A stretch of DNA of 55,420 bases, from assembly GCA_016794485.1 (NCBI GenBank), contig JAEUHV010000096.1:1-55420 (forward strand), given 5' to 3'. Positions within the stretch are counted from its first letter, which is position 1; each line of letters begins with the position of its first letter. Shown here piece after piece: positions 27,456 to 35,710 of the stretch. Both the position numbers and the translations under genes were made by a program. This stretch comes from Planctomycetota bacterium (GTDB lineage Bacteria; Planctomycetota; UBA1135; UBA2386). A model generated the notes under the pieces. It searched no databases. It was given only the letters and a program-made list of their open reading frames with translations, and was not told where the DNA came from.

Positions 27456-28015
27456 GACTGCCGCCTCCGTTCGACGCAGGCGCGCAGCGTCTGGCGCACG
27501 CGCTGCAGCAGCGTCTTCACGCCGTTCGGTTCCATGCCTAGTTCGCGCGCCAGCTCGACCCGCGACCGGTCGCGCTCGGCGTGCAGGCCGTAGCTGCGTT
27601 CGACCGCGAGCCGCGACCGGCCCTGCAGCTCGCCAACGCACGCGCGCAGCGCCGCCAGCATGCCGTCGCCGTCGTCGTCGGCGCAGTCGCGCACCCACAG
27701 TTCGTCGACGGCGTCCGCCAGCTGCACGACGTCGTCACGATCGCGCAGGTGCCGCAGGAACAGGAACCGCGCCGTACGCCGCAGAAACGTCGCCAACGCC
27801 GCCGGGTCCAACCCGACGGCATCCCGACGCAGCACGACGACGAACGCTTCCTGGGCGAGGTCGTCGGCCAGCTCGGGAGCCGCGCCGAGCATGCGCAGGT
27901 AACGCCACACCCCATGCAGGTGGCGGCGCAACGTCGCCTCGACGTCGGCGGCCTCGGCCCAGGTTCGGGCCGGTGTTGCGGCAGCGGTCAGCGCGGTCAT
28001 GTCCTTCAGTGCCAC
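27452..28015 (-). CDS. ECF-type RNA polymerase sigma factor
   Basis: The sigma-2 region reads DDLAQEAFVVVLRR and the sigma-4 HTH reads RVELARELGMEPNGVKTLLQRVRQTLR. An acidic linker (DCADDDGDG) is present. It is a clear paralog of the sigma factor at 46945..47454. Confidence 0.9.
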   Translation of the reverse strand: MALKDMTALTAAATPARTWAEAADVEATLRRHLHGVWRYLRMLGAAPELADDLAQEAFVVVLRRDAVGLDPAALATFLRRTARFLFLRHLRDRDDVVQLADAVDELWVRDCADDDGDGMLAALRACVGELQGRSRLAVERSYGLHAERDRSRVELARELGMEPNGVKTLLQRVRQTLRACVERRRQS

Positions 28016-28063
28016 GAGGCCACCGAAGGTATTCGACGAAGTCGAAAAGTGCCGCGCCGGCGG

Positions 28064-29026
28064 TCAGTTGATCTGGCGCGGAACGGCGGGCTTGGCCTTC
28101 GGCTTGGCCGGCTTGGTCGCCGCCGCCGGGGCCACCGGGGCAGTCGGCACGCACCCTGGGCAAGCGGGTGCTGGCGCAGTCGCGGGCCCGGTTGCGCAGC
28201 ACGCGCCGGCCGCGGCAGGCGCGTCGACCGGGGCCGGGGCATCTGCCGCCACGGCATTGGCCACTGCCGCCGGAACGGCTGCCGGGGCCAGGGCCGGAGC
28301 GACATCCGGCGCTGGCGCCGGGGCTGGCACCGACGCAGGGGCGACCTTGCCGACGGTCTTGTCGAGCACCGCTCGCCGCGGCGGCGCACACCGGCCGCCG
28401 TCCCCCGATGCACGCTCCAGCGCTGCCTGCACCCGGCTGCGCGAACGCGCCAGGCTGCTGCGCACGGCCTTCGGCGCCTCCTCGTGCAACGCCTGCGTCG
28501 CCGCGTCGAGTTCGGCCTGCGCCTTCTGCAGTTCCTCCGACACCGCCTGCTGCAGCCGCGCCTGGCCCTCCTGCCGTTCGTTCGCCTCGCGCTGCTGCCG
28601 TTCGGCCGCACGCTGCGCCTCGCGCAGGGCCCGTTCCGCATCGCGCTGGGCGCGCTGCATCTGCTGCTCGGCCTCGCGCTGCTGCTGCTGCGCCATGCGC
28701 TGGGCCTCGGCCATCGCCTGCTCCGCCTCGCGCGCCGCCTGCTGGTGGGCGGCCTCCATCTCGCGCCGCATCTGTTCGTGCTCGCGCTGGTGGTTCTCGT
28801 GGATCGCCGCCATCTCGCGCTCGTGCGCCGACTGCGCCTTCGTGAACGCCTTCTTCAACTGCTGCAGTTCGCGCCTGGCCTGGGCGAGTTCCTGCTCGGC
28901 CGTCTCGATGCGCGCGGTGGCGCGCTCCAGCGTCTCGACGGCGTTCTCGGGGAAGGACTGGGCGGGCACCGACAGTGCAGTGAACACTGCGAACAGGGCG
29001 CCACCGATCAGCGTGCGGGCGGACAT
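28064..29026 (-). CDS. Secreted coiled-coil protein with an Ala/Pro-rich, Cys-containing C-terminus
   Basis: I trimmed the ORF to the ATG at 29026 (MSARTLIGGALFAVFTALSVPA|Q). A long E/Q/R/A heptad-like region is followed by the tail APAPAP...GACCATGPATAPAPACPGC. The gene lies 48 nt upstream of the ECF sigma gene on the same strand. Confidence 0.6.
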   Translation of the reverse strand: MSARTLIGGALFAVFTALSVPAQSFPENAVETLERATARIETAEQELAQARRELQQLKKAFTKAQSAHEREMAAIHENHQREHEQMRREMEAAHQQAAREAEQAMAEAQRMAQQQQREAEQQMQRAQRDAERALREAQRAAERQQREANERQEGQARLQQAVSEELQKAQAELDAATQALHEEAPKAVRSSLARSRSRVQAALERASGDGGRCAPPRRAVLDKTVGKVAPASVPAPAPAPDVAPALAPAAVPAAVANAVAADAPAPVDAPAAAGACCATGPATAPAPACPGCVPTAPVAPAAATKPAKPKAKPAVPRQIN

Positions 29027-29186
29027 GACTGCCTCCGGGGAGGTGGGAGGAACGGAACCACCGGCGACGTACCGGTGGCGAAGGGCGCGCATTGCACCGT
29101 GCCGCCGACTATTCCGGAACAGGAACGATTCCCCGACGCGGCGCTGCGTTGCCCGGCCCGAAGCCCGGCGTAGAGTGCGGGCCGGC

Positions 29187-30995
29187 ATGCCCCTCCTCGT
29201 CACGGTCGCACTGGTGGTCCTCGTGCACCTGCAGACGGCGATCGGCGCGTGGTTCGGGGTCGGCCTGCTCGCCGACGACCACCAGATGGTCGGCTCGGCG
29301 ATCCTGCGCCACGGCGTGCTGCCCGACGGCCGCGCCCTGCCGGCGGAGATCCACCGCACGTTCGCCAGCATGTTCGCGGTCGACCCGCTGCCGGCCGATG
29401 CCCCGGTGGCGCTGTATCGCCCGTTCCTCGACCTGCTGTTCTGGCTCGAGCAGCCGTTCTTCGGCATCGACGCAACCGGCTACCACATCGCCAATTCGCT
29501 GATGCACTGCCTCACCGCGGTGCTGTGGTTCGTGCTGGTGCGGCGCCTGTCGGGCTCGGCGTGGGCAGGCCTCGCGACCGCGGTGCTGTTCGCCGGCTGG
29601 CCGGGCCACTCCGAGGTCACGCACTGGATCGCCGCGCGCACGAACGTGATGTCGGTGTGCTGGCTGAGCCTCGCGCTGGTGGCCCACGACAACGCCCTGA
29701 TCGCAGCGACGAAACGCGGACGCTGGTGGGGGCTCGCCCTTTCGGCTCTGGCTGCGGTGGTCGCGGTCGGCACCAAGGAGTCGGCGATCTTCGTGTTGCC
29801 GCTGGCCGGAGTGCTGGCCCTGGCACGCCTGGGCCCCATGCGCTCGTTCCCGGCGATGCTGCCGATGACGGCGTTGCTGGCGGCGTGGTTGCTGTGGCGC
29901 GCGCACCTGCTCGGCACCTGGGGCTCGGGCACGATCTACGGCTGGAAGGCCCACCGGATCGGGCTCGCTTCGTGTCTCGACTGGCTGCAGGTCCTGCTCG
30001 CGCCGGCGCACCGCGCCCACGTGCCGCGGCCCCTGGCCTGGCTGCTCGCCGCGCTGCACGGCGGCCTGCTCGCCCTGGTGTTCCCCGCCCTGCGCAGCAA
30101 GTCGCTGCGCACGCCGGCGGCGCTGGGCTTCGTGCTGCTGGCGCTCGGCTACGTCGCCGGCATCGGTCTCGAACGCCTCGATCTCGCGACCCTCGAGAAC
30201 GTGCGCTACAGCTACGAACCGGCCCTCGGCCTGTGCGTGCTGTTCGGGATCGGCCTAGCCGCACTGCCGCGCCGCGTGTACCTGCTCGGGCTGGTCGCAC
30301 TCGCCGTCGTCTACAACTTCGTGCTCGACCACAACCGCCGGCCGTGGCGACGCGTGTCCGCCAACTACGAACGCATGTGCGCCGAGGTCGTCGAGTTCGC
30401 GCGCACGCAGCGCGCGCCGCTGCGCGTGCTCGACGCGCCGGGCGTGCACGACGGTGCGTTCGGCTGGCTCAACGGCGTCACCGAGTTCCTGTTCTTGCAG
30501 TTGTCGGCGCCGGCCGGAACGGACCTGCGCGGCGGCATCGCCAGCACCGTCGAATGGCACGGCGTGATCCACGAACTGGCGGCCGCCGCCGTCCAGAAGC
30601 AGCTGCCGATGCGCACGTTCACCGTGCATGCAGGCGACGGCTCGCTGCAGCCGTTCACCCTCGACCCGCAGTTCCCGGCCCAGGTGTTTGCCGGCACGAC
30701 CATCGCCTACGGCCGCCTCGCCTCGACGCCACCTGCAGTCGGCGGGACCTTGCCCGTGCAAGCGCTCGCGACGACGGACGCGCCGGTGCGCCTGCGCGCC
30801 GAAGCCGCCGTCGGCGACCGGATCGTGCGTTCGCCCATCGCCGAAGCGACCTCGACCCGCCCCGCCGTGCAGCTCGCGGTGCCGATACCCGTCGACTGGT
30901 CGTCGCAGCAGACCATCGTCGTCACCCTCGTGGTCGAACGCGACGGCACAGAACGACGGTTGCCGCTGGGCTCCACGATGGCCGAGCTGCGCTGA
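29187..30995 (+). CDS. GT-C-type (ArnT/PMT-like) polytopic membrane glycosyltransferase
   Basis: I trimmed track ORF 27999..30995 to the ATG at 29187 (MPLLVTVALVVLVHL...). The protein has many TM helices. The loop motif YRPFLDLLFWLE...GYHIANSLMH is typical of dolichyl/undecaprenyl-phosphate-sugar transferases. A soluble C-terminal domain follows. Confidence 0.65.
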   Translation: MPLLVTVALVVLVHLQTAIGAWFGVGLLADDHQMVGSAILRHGVLPDGRALPAEIHRTFASMFAVDPLPADAPVALYRPFLDLLFWLEQPFFGIDATGYHIANSLMHCLTAVLWFVLVRRLSGSAWAGLATAVLFAGWPGHSEVTHWIAARTNVMSVCWLSLALVAHDNALIAATKRGRWWGLALSALAAVVAVGTKESAIFVLPLAGVLALARLGPMRSFPAMLPMTALLAAWLLWRAHLLGTWGSGTIYGWKAHRIGLASCLDWLQVLLAPAHRAHVPRPLAWLLAALHGGLLALVFPALRSKSLRTPAALGFVLLALGYVAGIGLERLDLATLENVRYSYEPALGLCVLFGIGLAALPRRVYLLGLVALAVVYNFVLDHNRRPWRRVSANYERMCAEVVEFARTQRAPLRVLDAPGVHDGAFGWLNGVTEFLFLQLSAPAGTDLRGGIASTVEWHGVIHELAAAAVQKQLPMRTFTVHAGDGSLQPFTLDPQFPAQVFAGTTIAYGRLASTPPAVGGTLPVQALATTDAPVRLRAEAAVGDRIVRSPIAEATSTRPAVQLAVPIPVDWSSQQTIVVTLVVERDGTERRLPLGSTMAELR

Positions 30996-31004
30996 CGCGC
31001 CGTT

Positions 31005-32906
31005 TCAGCGGCCGGTCAGCAACGTGCCGGCGCGCGCCTTCTGCCACCACTTCAGCTCGAGTTCGCGCACGCGCTCGGCAGTCAGCGGAACGGCCCGCGC
31101 CGTGGTCCGGACGACGTCGCCGTCGATCGACACGTTCGGCGCGAAGTCCTCGACGTAGCCCGGCGGCGGGTGCCGTTCGTGCGCCATCGATCGAGCCCGC
31201 AGCAGCATGTCGGGAATGCCCAGCGCCTCGTCCAGCGTCAACACGTGCGGCGTGGCCCGGGCATGGATCGCGAGCATCACCTCGATCAGGAAATCGGCGC
31301 CGGCGTCGGGCTGGTTCGCCTTGGCCGGATCGGCGCCGTTGGCGACCGCGACCTGCGCCAACACCGTGCGCAGTTCGGCCGCATCGAGGTCGCCGTCGTG
31401 GTCCGCGTCCGCCGCCGCGAACAGCGGGGCGAAATACGCGCGGTCGAGCACCGGGCCCGAGCGGTGCGACGGCGTGCGCGCGACGATCCGGTCGTTGAGG
31501 CCGTGCACGTCGAGGATCGCGACGTCGGGCAACGACCAGCCGACCACGCCGACCGCCGCGGCAGCCAGCACCGGCACTTCCGTCACGGGCTCGCGCAACT
31601 TCGGCTGCGCCGCGAACGGCCGCGAGAACTCCGCGAGGATCGTCGCGTGGTGCTGGCAGCGCAGGCACACGTTGTGGAACCGCAGCCAGGCCTGGTGCCG
31701 GTCGTAGAAGCGGCCGATCGGTTGCAGCAGGGCCGGCAATCGATCGGCGATCGCGACGAAGCCGTGGCTCGGCATCGGGTTGGTCCACGCGTAGTGCAGC
31801 CAGCCTGCACTCGACAGCACGCCGAACCCGGCGGTCGTCGCCAGCACGCCGCGGACCCCGAACAGGCGCGACGCCATCGCCGCCACGGCGAGTGCGGCCA
31901 GCGGCACCAGCTGGCTGAACACGCGCCATTCGAAGTGGTCGCCGCCGACCTTCACGACGTAGTAGCCGGCGTGGAACACCACGGCCGCGACCGCGGCGAC
32001 CGCGGCGGGTCGGGTGCGGACCACCTGCCCGAGGAACGTGGGGCGACGCAGGTGTTCGCCGACGAGCCAGGCGAGCACCAGCACCGGCAGCGCCCAGGTG
32101 CCGTGTTCGAGCGCAAAGGTCGCCAGGTAGCGCAGACCCGACTCGGGCCACGGCTCGCCGATCTTGGCGTAGTAGGTGTTCGGCAGCCAGTCGCCGTAGT
32201 ACGCGAAGTGCCACACGAACTGTGCGGCGACGACCGCGAGCGGCGCCAGACCGACGACGCTCGCCTGCAGCGAACGGCGCCGCTGCAGCCATTCGCAGCA
32301 AGCGACCGCACCGGTCGCAGCGACCAGCACCATGCCGTCGGCCCGCGCCAACGTCGCGAGCAAGGCCCAACTCGACCAGCCCAGCAGCCAGCCGCAGCCG
32401 TTCGCTCGCCGGCGGAACGCCCACACCACCCAGCCGACGAACCCGACGTTGAACATCGGCGTGTCGAGCCCGCCAGAGAACCACTGCAGGAACGTGCGGT
32501 TGCCGACGACGACGGCGACCACCAGCGCGCCGACCGCGAACGGCTGCCGGCGTCCGGCCGCGTCGCGCAGGCCAGCCGCGGCGAACACGACGATCGCGAC
32601 CTGCACCAAACCGAGCAGCATCGAAACGGTGTTCACGCTCGCCGGCGGTTCGACCCCGAACCAAGCCCACACCGCCCACAGCAGCAGCGGCCAGCCGACG
32701 CCCGTGTAGCCATCGACGGGCGCGAACGGCTCGCGGTTCCAGACCAGCCCGTGGCCCGCGTGGGCATTGGCTACGTAGCGGAAGTGGATGAACGCGTCAT
32801 CGCACAGGAAGTCGAGCTGGGAAGCACCGAACCACGCCAGCGGCAGGGCCGCCGCCAACAGCAGCCACCGCCAACGCGATCCAGGCGAGTCGAGGTCGGG
32901 CGCCAC
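31005..32906 (-). CDS. GT-C-type membrane glycosyltransferase with an EF-hand-like loop
   Basis: The proposed start is the GTG at 32906 (VAPDLDSPGSRWRWLLLAAALPLAWF). The upstream part of track ORF 31005..33164 is R-rich and overlaps the divergent gene. The motif DDAFIHFRYVANAHAGHGLVWN precedes a polytopic region. The sequence DADHDGDLDAAEL fits the DxDxDGxxxxxE EF-hand loop. Confidence 0.65.
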   Translation of the reverse strand: MAPDLDSPGSRWRWLLLAAALPLAWFGASQLDFLCDDAFIHFRYVANAHAGHGLVWNREPFAPVDGYTGVGWPLLLWAVWAWFGVEPPASVNTVSMLLGLVQVAIVVFAAAGLRDAAGRRQPFAVGALVVAVVVGNRTFLQWFSGGLDTPMFNVGFVGWVVWAFRRRANGCGWLLGWSSWALLATLARADGMVLVAATGAVACCEWLQRRRSLQASVVGLAPLAVVAAQFVWHFAYYGDWLPNTYYAKIGEPWPESGLRYLATFALEHGTWALPVLVLAWLVGEHLRRPTFLGQVVRTRPAAVAAVAAVVFHAGYYVVKVGGDHFEWRVFSQLVPLAALAVAAMASRLFGVRGVLATTAGFGVLSSAGWLHYAWTNPMPSHGFVAIADRLPALLQPIGRFYDRHQAWLRFHNVCLRCQHHATILAEFSRPFAAQPKLREPVTEVPVLAAAAVGVVGWSLPDVAILDVHGLNDRIVARTPSHRSGPVLDRAYFAPLFAAADADHDGDLDAAELRTVLAQVAVANGADPAKANQPDAGADFLIEVMLAIHARATPHVLTLDEALGIPDMLLRARSMAHERHPPPGYVEDFAPNVSIDGDVVRTTARAVPLTAERVRELELKWWQKARAGTLLTGR

Positions 32907-33111
32907 GTTCAGACCGGCCGCGTGCGGTGGGTGCAAACAACGGGTGGTGCCGCAAGCACTCGGATGGTCATGGCGAAACTTCACACGCCCGCCGGGGGAC
33001 TCGCAATGGCGTCGATGGCAACGAATCCCGCCGATTCCGGATGACCCAGGCGGCCAAAACGACCGGCGGCGACGACGCCGACGAGATACCCTCCACGAGC
33101 CCAGCATCGCC

Positions 33112-34623
33112 TTGATCCACGGAACGCCCTTGCCGCCGGAGAGTCGCATCGCGGCCGACGCCATCGAACAGGCGCGCGGCCGCCGCTACGCCCTCGCACT
33201 CGTCCTTTGCTGGGCAGCGGTGCTGTGGTTCCTGGTGCCCCACGGCATCGGCACTTCGTGGCGCGAGTGCGAAACGCAGGCGATCGCCCGCAACTTCGTG
33301 CTCGACGGCTTCGACCCGCTGCGCCCGCGCGTGGACTGGCGCGGACTCACCGATGGGGCGGTCGAATGCGAGTTCCCGCTCTACCAGCTCGCCGTCGGCT
33401 CGGTGCTCGCGCTGGTCGGCTTCGTCGAGTGGCCGGGCCGCCTGCTGTCGTTGCTGTCGATGGTGGTGGGTGCGCTGGCGGCACATCGCCTTCTGGAGCG
33501 CCGGGCCGCACCGTCCGGAGCCCTCGCCGGCCTCGGTGTGCTGCTGTGCTGCGGCAGCGCGCTGATCCTCGGGGCCCGAGTGATTCCCGACGGCACGAGC
33601 TTCGCGTTCGGCATGGTCGGCCTGTGTCTCTTCGACCGCTGGCTGCGAACGTCGGCTCGTTCGGCCCTCTTGGCGGCGGCGCTCGCCGTGCTCGTTTCCA
33701 GCCTGCAGAAGCCGTTGTCGCTGCAGCTGGGCATCGTCATGTTCGGCTGGACCCTCGCGTGGGCACCACGCAAGGCGACGCACCCGCTGCTGTGGGGATC
33801 GTTCGCGTTGATCCTGCTGCCGGTGTGCCAGTGGCTGCGCCACGGCGCCGACCTGCACGCGGAGACCGGGCTGTCGTTCGGCGTCGTCAGCGGCGGCGAC
33901 TCGAAGTTCCCCGACGCAGCACACCTGCTCGACCTGCGCACGCACGCCACGATGGCGTGGTCGCTGCTGGTGTTCGGCTGCTCGGCGTTCGGCATGGTCG
34001 GCTTCGTCGTCGCCCTCGTGCGCCGACGGCTGGGCCTCGCCGACTGGACCCTGCTGGGCGCCACCGCGCTCGGCCTGCTGGTGTCGTTCCGCTACAGCCA
34101 CAATTTCGGCCTCGGCCCGCACTACCACATCTTCGCTGCGTTCGCGGGCGCCTGGTGCGTCGCGATCGCGTGGCCGCGGCGGGCGTCGCGATGGACCTGG
34201 CTCGCACTCGGGCTCGCGCTCGCGGTGCAGGGCGCGTGGCGCCTCAAGGACGAACGCGGCGTGCGGATCGTCGTCAACCAGCACCCGATCATGGCCGCGG
34301 CCAAGGTCGTGCAGGACCTGTCGAAGCCCGACGATCTGGTGGTCGTGCGCTCCGACAAGCCGCGCCTCGACAAGGAATGGCACAGCGGCAACAACTTCGA
34401 GGACCCGCGCCTGCTCTACCAGAGCCGCCGCCGCGGCTTCGCGCTGCCGATGGAGGAGTTCGATCCGGACCAGCTGGCCCGGTTGCGCTGGCTCGGTGCC
34501 CGCTTCGTCTTCGACCCGACTCCGGCCGCGACCTCGGCCGCCACGAACGAGTGGCTGCAAACCCACGCCGAACTGGTGCACGACACGAGCGTGCGGGTCT
34601 GGCGGTTCCTGCCGCTGCGCTGA
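33112..34623 (+). CDS. GT-C-type membrane glycosyltransferase-like protein
   Basis: The proposed start is the TTG at 33112 (LIHGTPLPPESRIAADAIEQARGRRYALALVLCWAAVLWFL). The start is uncertain. There are about 10 hydrophobic helices followed by a soluble C-terminal domain. Confidence 0.6.
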   Translation: MIHGTPLPPESRIAADAIEQARGRRYALALVLCWAAVLWFLVPHGIGTSWRECETQAIARNFVLDGFDPLRPRVDWRGLTDGAVECEFPLYQLAVGSVLALVGFVEWPGRLLSLLSMVVGALAAHRLLERRAAPSGALAGLGVLLCCGSALILGARVIPDGTSFAFGMVGLCLFDRWLRTSARSALLAAALAVLVSSLQKPLSLQLGIVMFGWTLAWAPRKATHPLLWGSFALILLPVCQWLRHGADLHAETGLSFGVVSGGDSKFPDAAHLLDLRTHATMAWSLLVFGCSAFGMVGFVVALVRRRLGLADWTLLGATALGLLVSFRYSHNFGLGPHYHIFAAFAGAWCVAIAWPRRASRWTWLALGLALAVQGAWRLKDERGVRIVVNQHPIMAAAKVVQDLSKPDDLVVVRSDKPRLDKEWHSGNNFEDPRLLYQSRRRGFALPMEEFDPDQLARLRWLGARFVFDPTPAATSAATNEWLQTHAELVHDTSVRVWRFLPLR

Positions 34624-34642
34624 ATGCCTGCGGAACGCCGGG

Positions 34643-35554
34643 TCAGTCGAGCATCGCCGAGGCGATCACCGCCACGCCGGCGATGTCCTCCGCCTTGCAG
34701 CCGCGCGACAGGTCGAGCCACGGGCGGGCGAGCCCTTGCAGCAGCGGGCCGAACGCCTGGAAACCCGCCAGCCGCTCGGTGAGCTTGTAGGCGATGTTGC
34801 CGGCGTCGAGATCCGGGAACACGAACACGTTGGCGCGGCCCTGCAACGGACTGTCGGCACACTTGCGCGCGGCCACCCCCGGCACGTAGGCGGCGTCGAA
34901 CTGCAGTTCGCCGTCGCTGGCGATCGTCGGGAAGCGCTCGCGGAAGCGGGCTGCCGCGCTGCGCATCTTGTCGACCTTGGCGTGGCTGGCGCTGCCGCGC
35001 GTGCTGAACGACAGGAACGCCACGCGCGGTTCCGTTCCGGTGAACCGACGGTGGTTCTGCGCCGTTGCTGCGGCGATGTGCACGAGCTGGTCCGCGTCCG
35101 GATCGGGCACGACACCGCAGTCGGCGAACGAGAGAACCTCGGGTCCACGCACCATCAGGAACATGGAGGACACGAGCGGGATCGTCGCCGCGGTGCCGAG
35201 GCAGAACAGACCGGCGCGGATCACGTCGGCGGTGGCGTGCACCGCGCCGGACACGCCGGCGTCGGCGTGGCCGAGCGCCACGAGTCCAGCCCCGAACATC
35301 ACCGGCTGCGCCGCCAGGGTGCGCGCCTCGGCTTCACCGAGCCCCTTGTGCTTGCGCCGTTCGTGCAGCAAGCGCGCCACGTCGGGCAGCCGCGGATCGC
35401 GGGCGGGATCGTCGACCCACACCACTTCGCACAGTCCGTCGCGCAGGAGCAGGTCGCGCGCCGTGGCGGTCCGTGGATCGCGGGTCTCCGGCAGCACGAT
35501 GCGCGCGCGCCGTTGGCGCGCACGCTCCCTGAGCTCGGCGAGCACGTCGGTCAT
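34643..35554 (-). CDS. pta: Phosphate acetyltransferase (short form)
   Basis: The 303-aa product carries [53 protein letters not shown] and GPLLQGL. This is the Pta/PTA_PTB family signature. Confidence 0.9.
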   Translation of the reverse strand: MTDVLAELRERARQRRARIVLPETRDPRTATARDLLLRDGLCEVVWVDDPARDPRLPDVARLLHERRKHKGLGEAEARTLAAQPVMFGAGLVALGHADAGVSGAVHATADVIRAGLFCLGTAATIPLVSSMFLMVRGPEVLSFADCGVVPDPDADQLVHIAAATAQNHRRFTGTEPRVAFLSFSTRGSASHAKVDKMRSAAARFRERFPTIASDGELQFDAAYVPGVAARKCADSPLQGRANVFVFPDLDAGNIAYKLTERLAGFQAFGPLLQGLARPWLDLSRGCKAEDIAGVAVIASAMLD

Positions 35555-35710
35555 CGCCCCGTTCGTAACGGGCGCAGGAAGGGGGCGCCAGCGACACGTC
35601 GCCCCGGCAGCCGCTCCCGCGAGGCATTCGGCGTGGCGAACGCGCGAGGCCGTCGCAGTTCCGCCGGATTGGGTTGGCCGGAAGCCCCGATCCGGCGCCT
35701 ACACGGAGCA

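Noticed and set aside
27999-29186. N-terminal 396 codons of the 998-aa ORF 27999..30995
   Set aside because: The segment is A/G/S/C/R-rich and runs antisense through the coiled-coil gene (28064..29026). The membrane glycosyltransferase begins convincingly at the ATG at 29187 with a TM helix.
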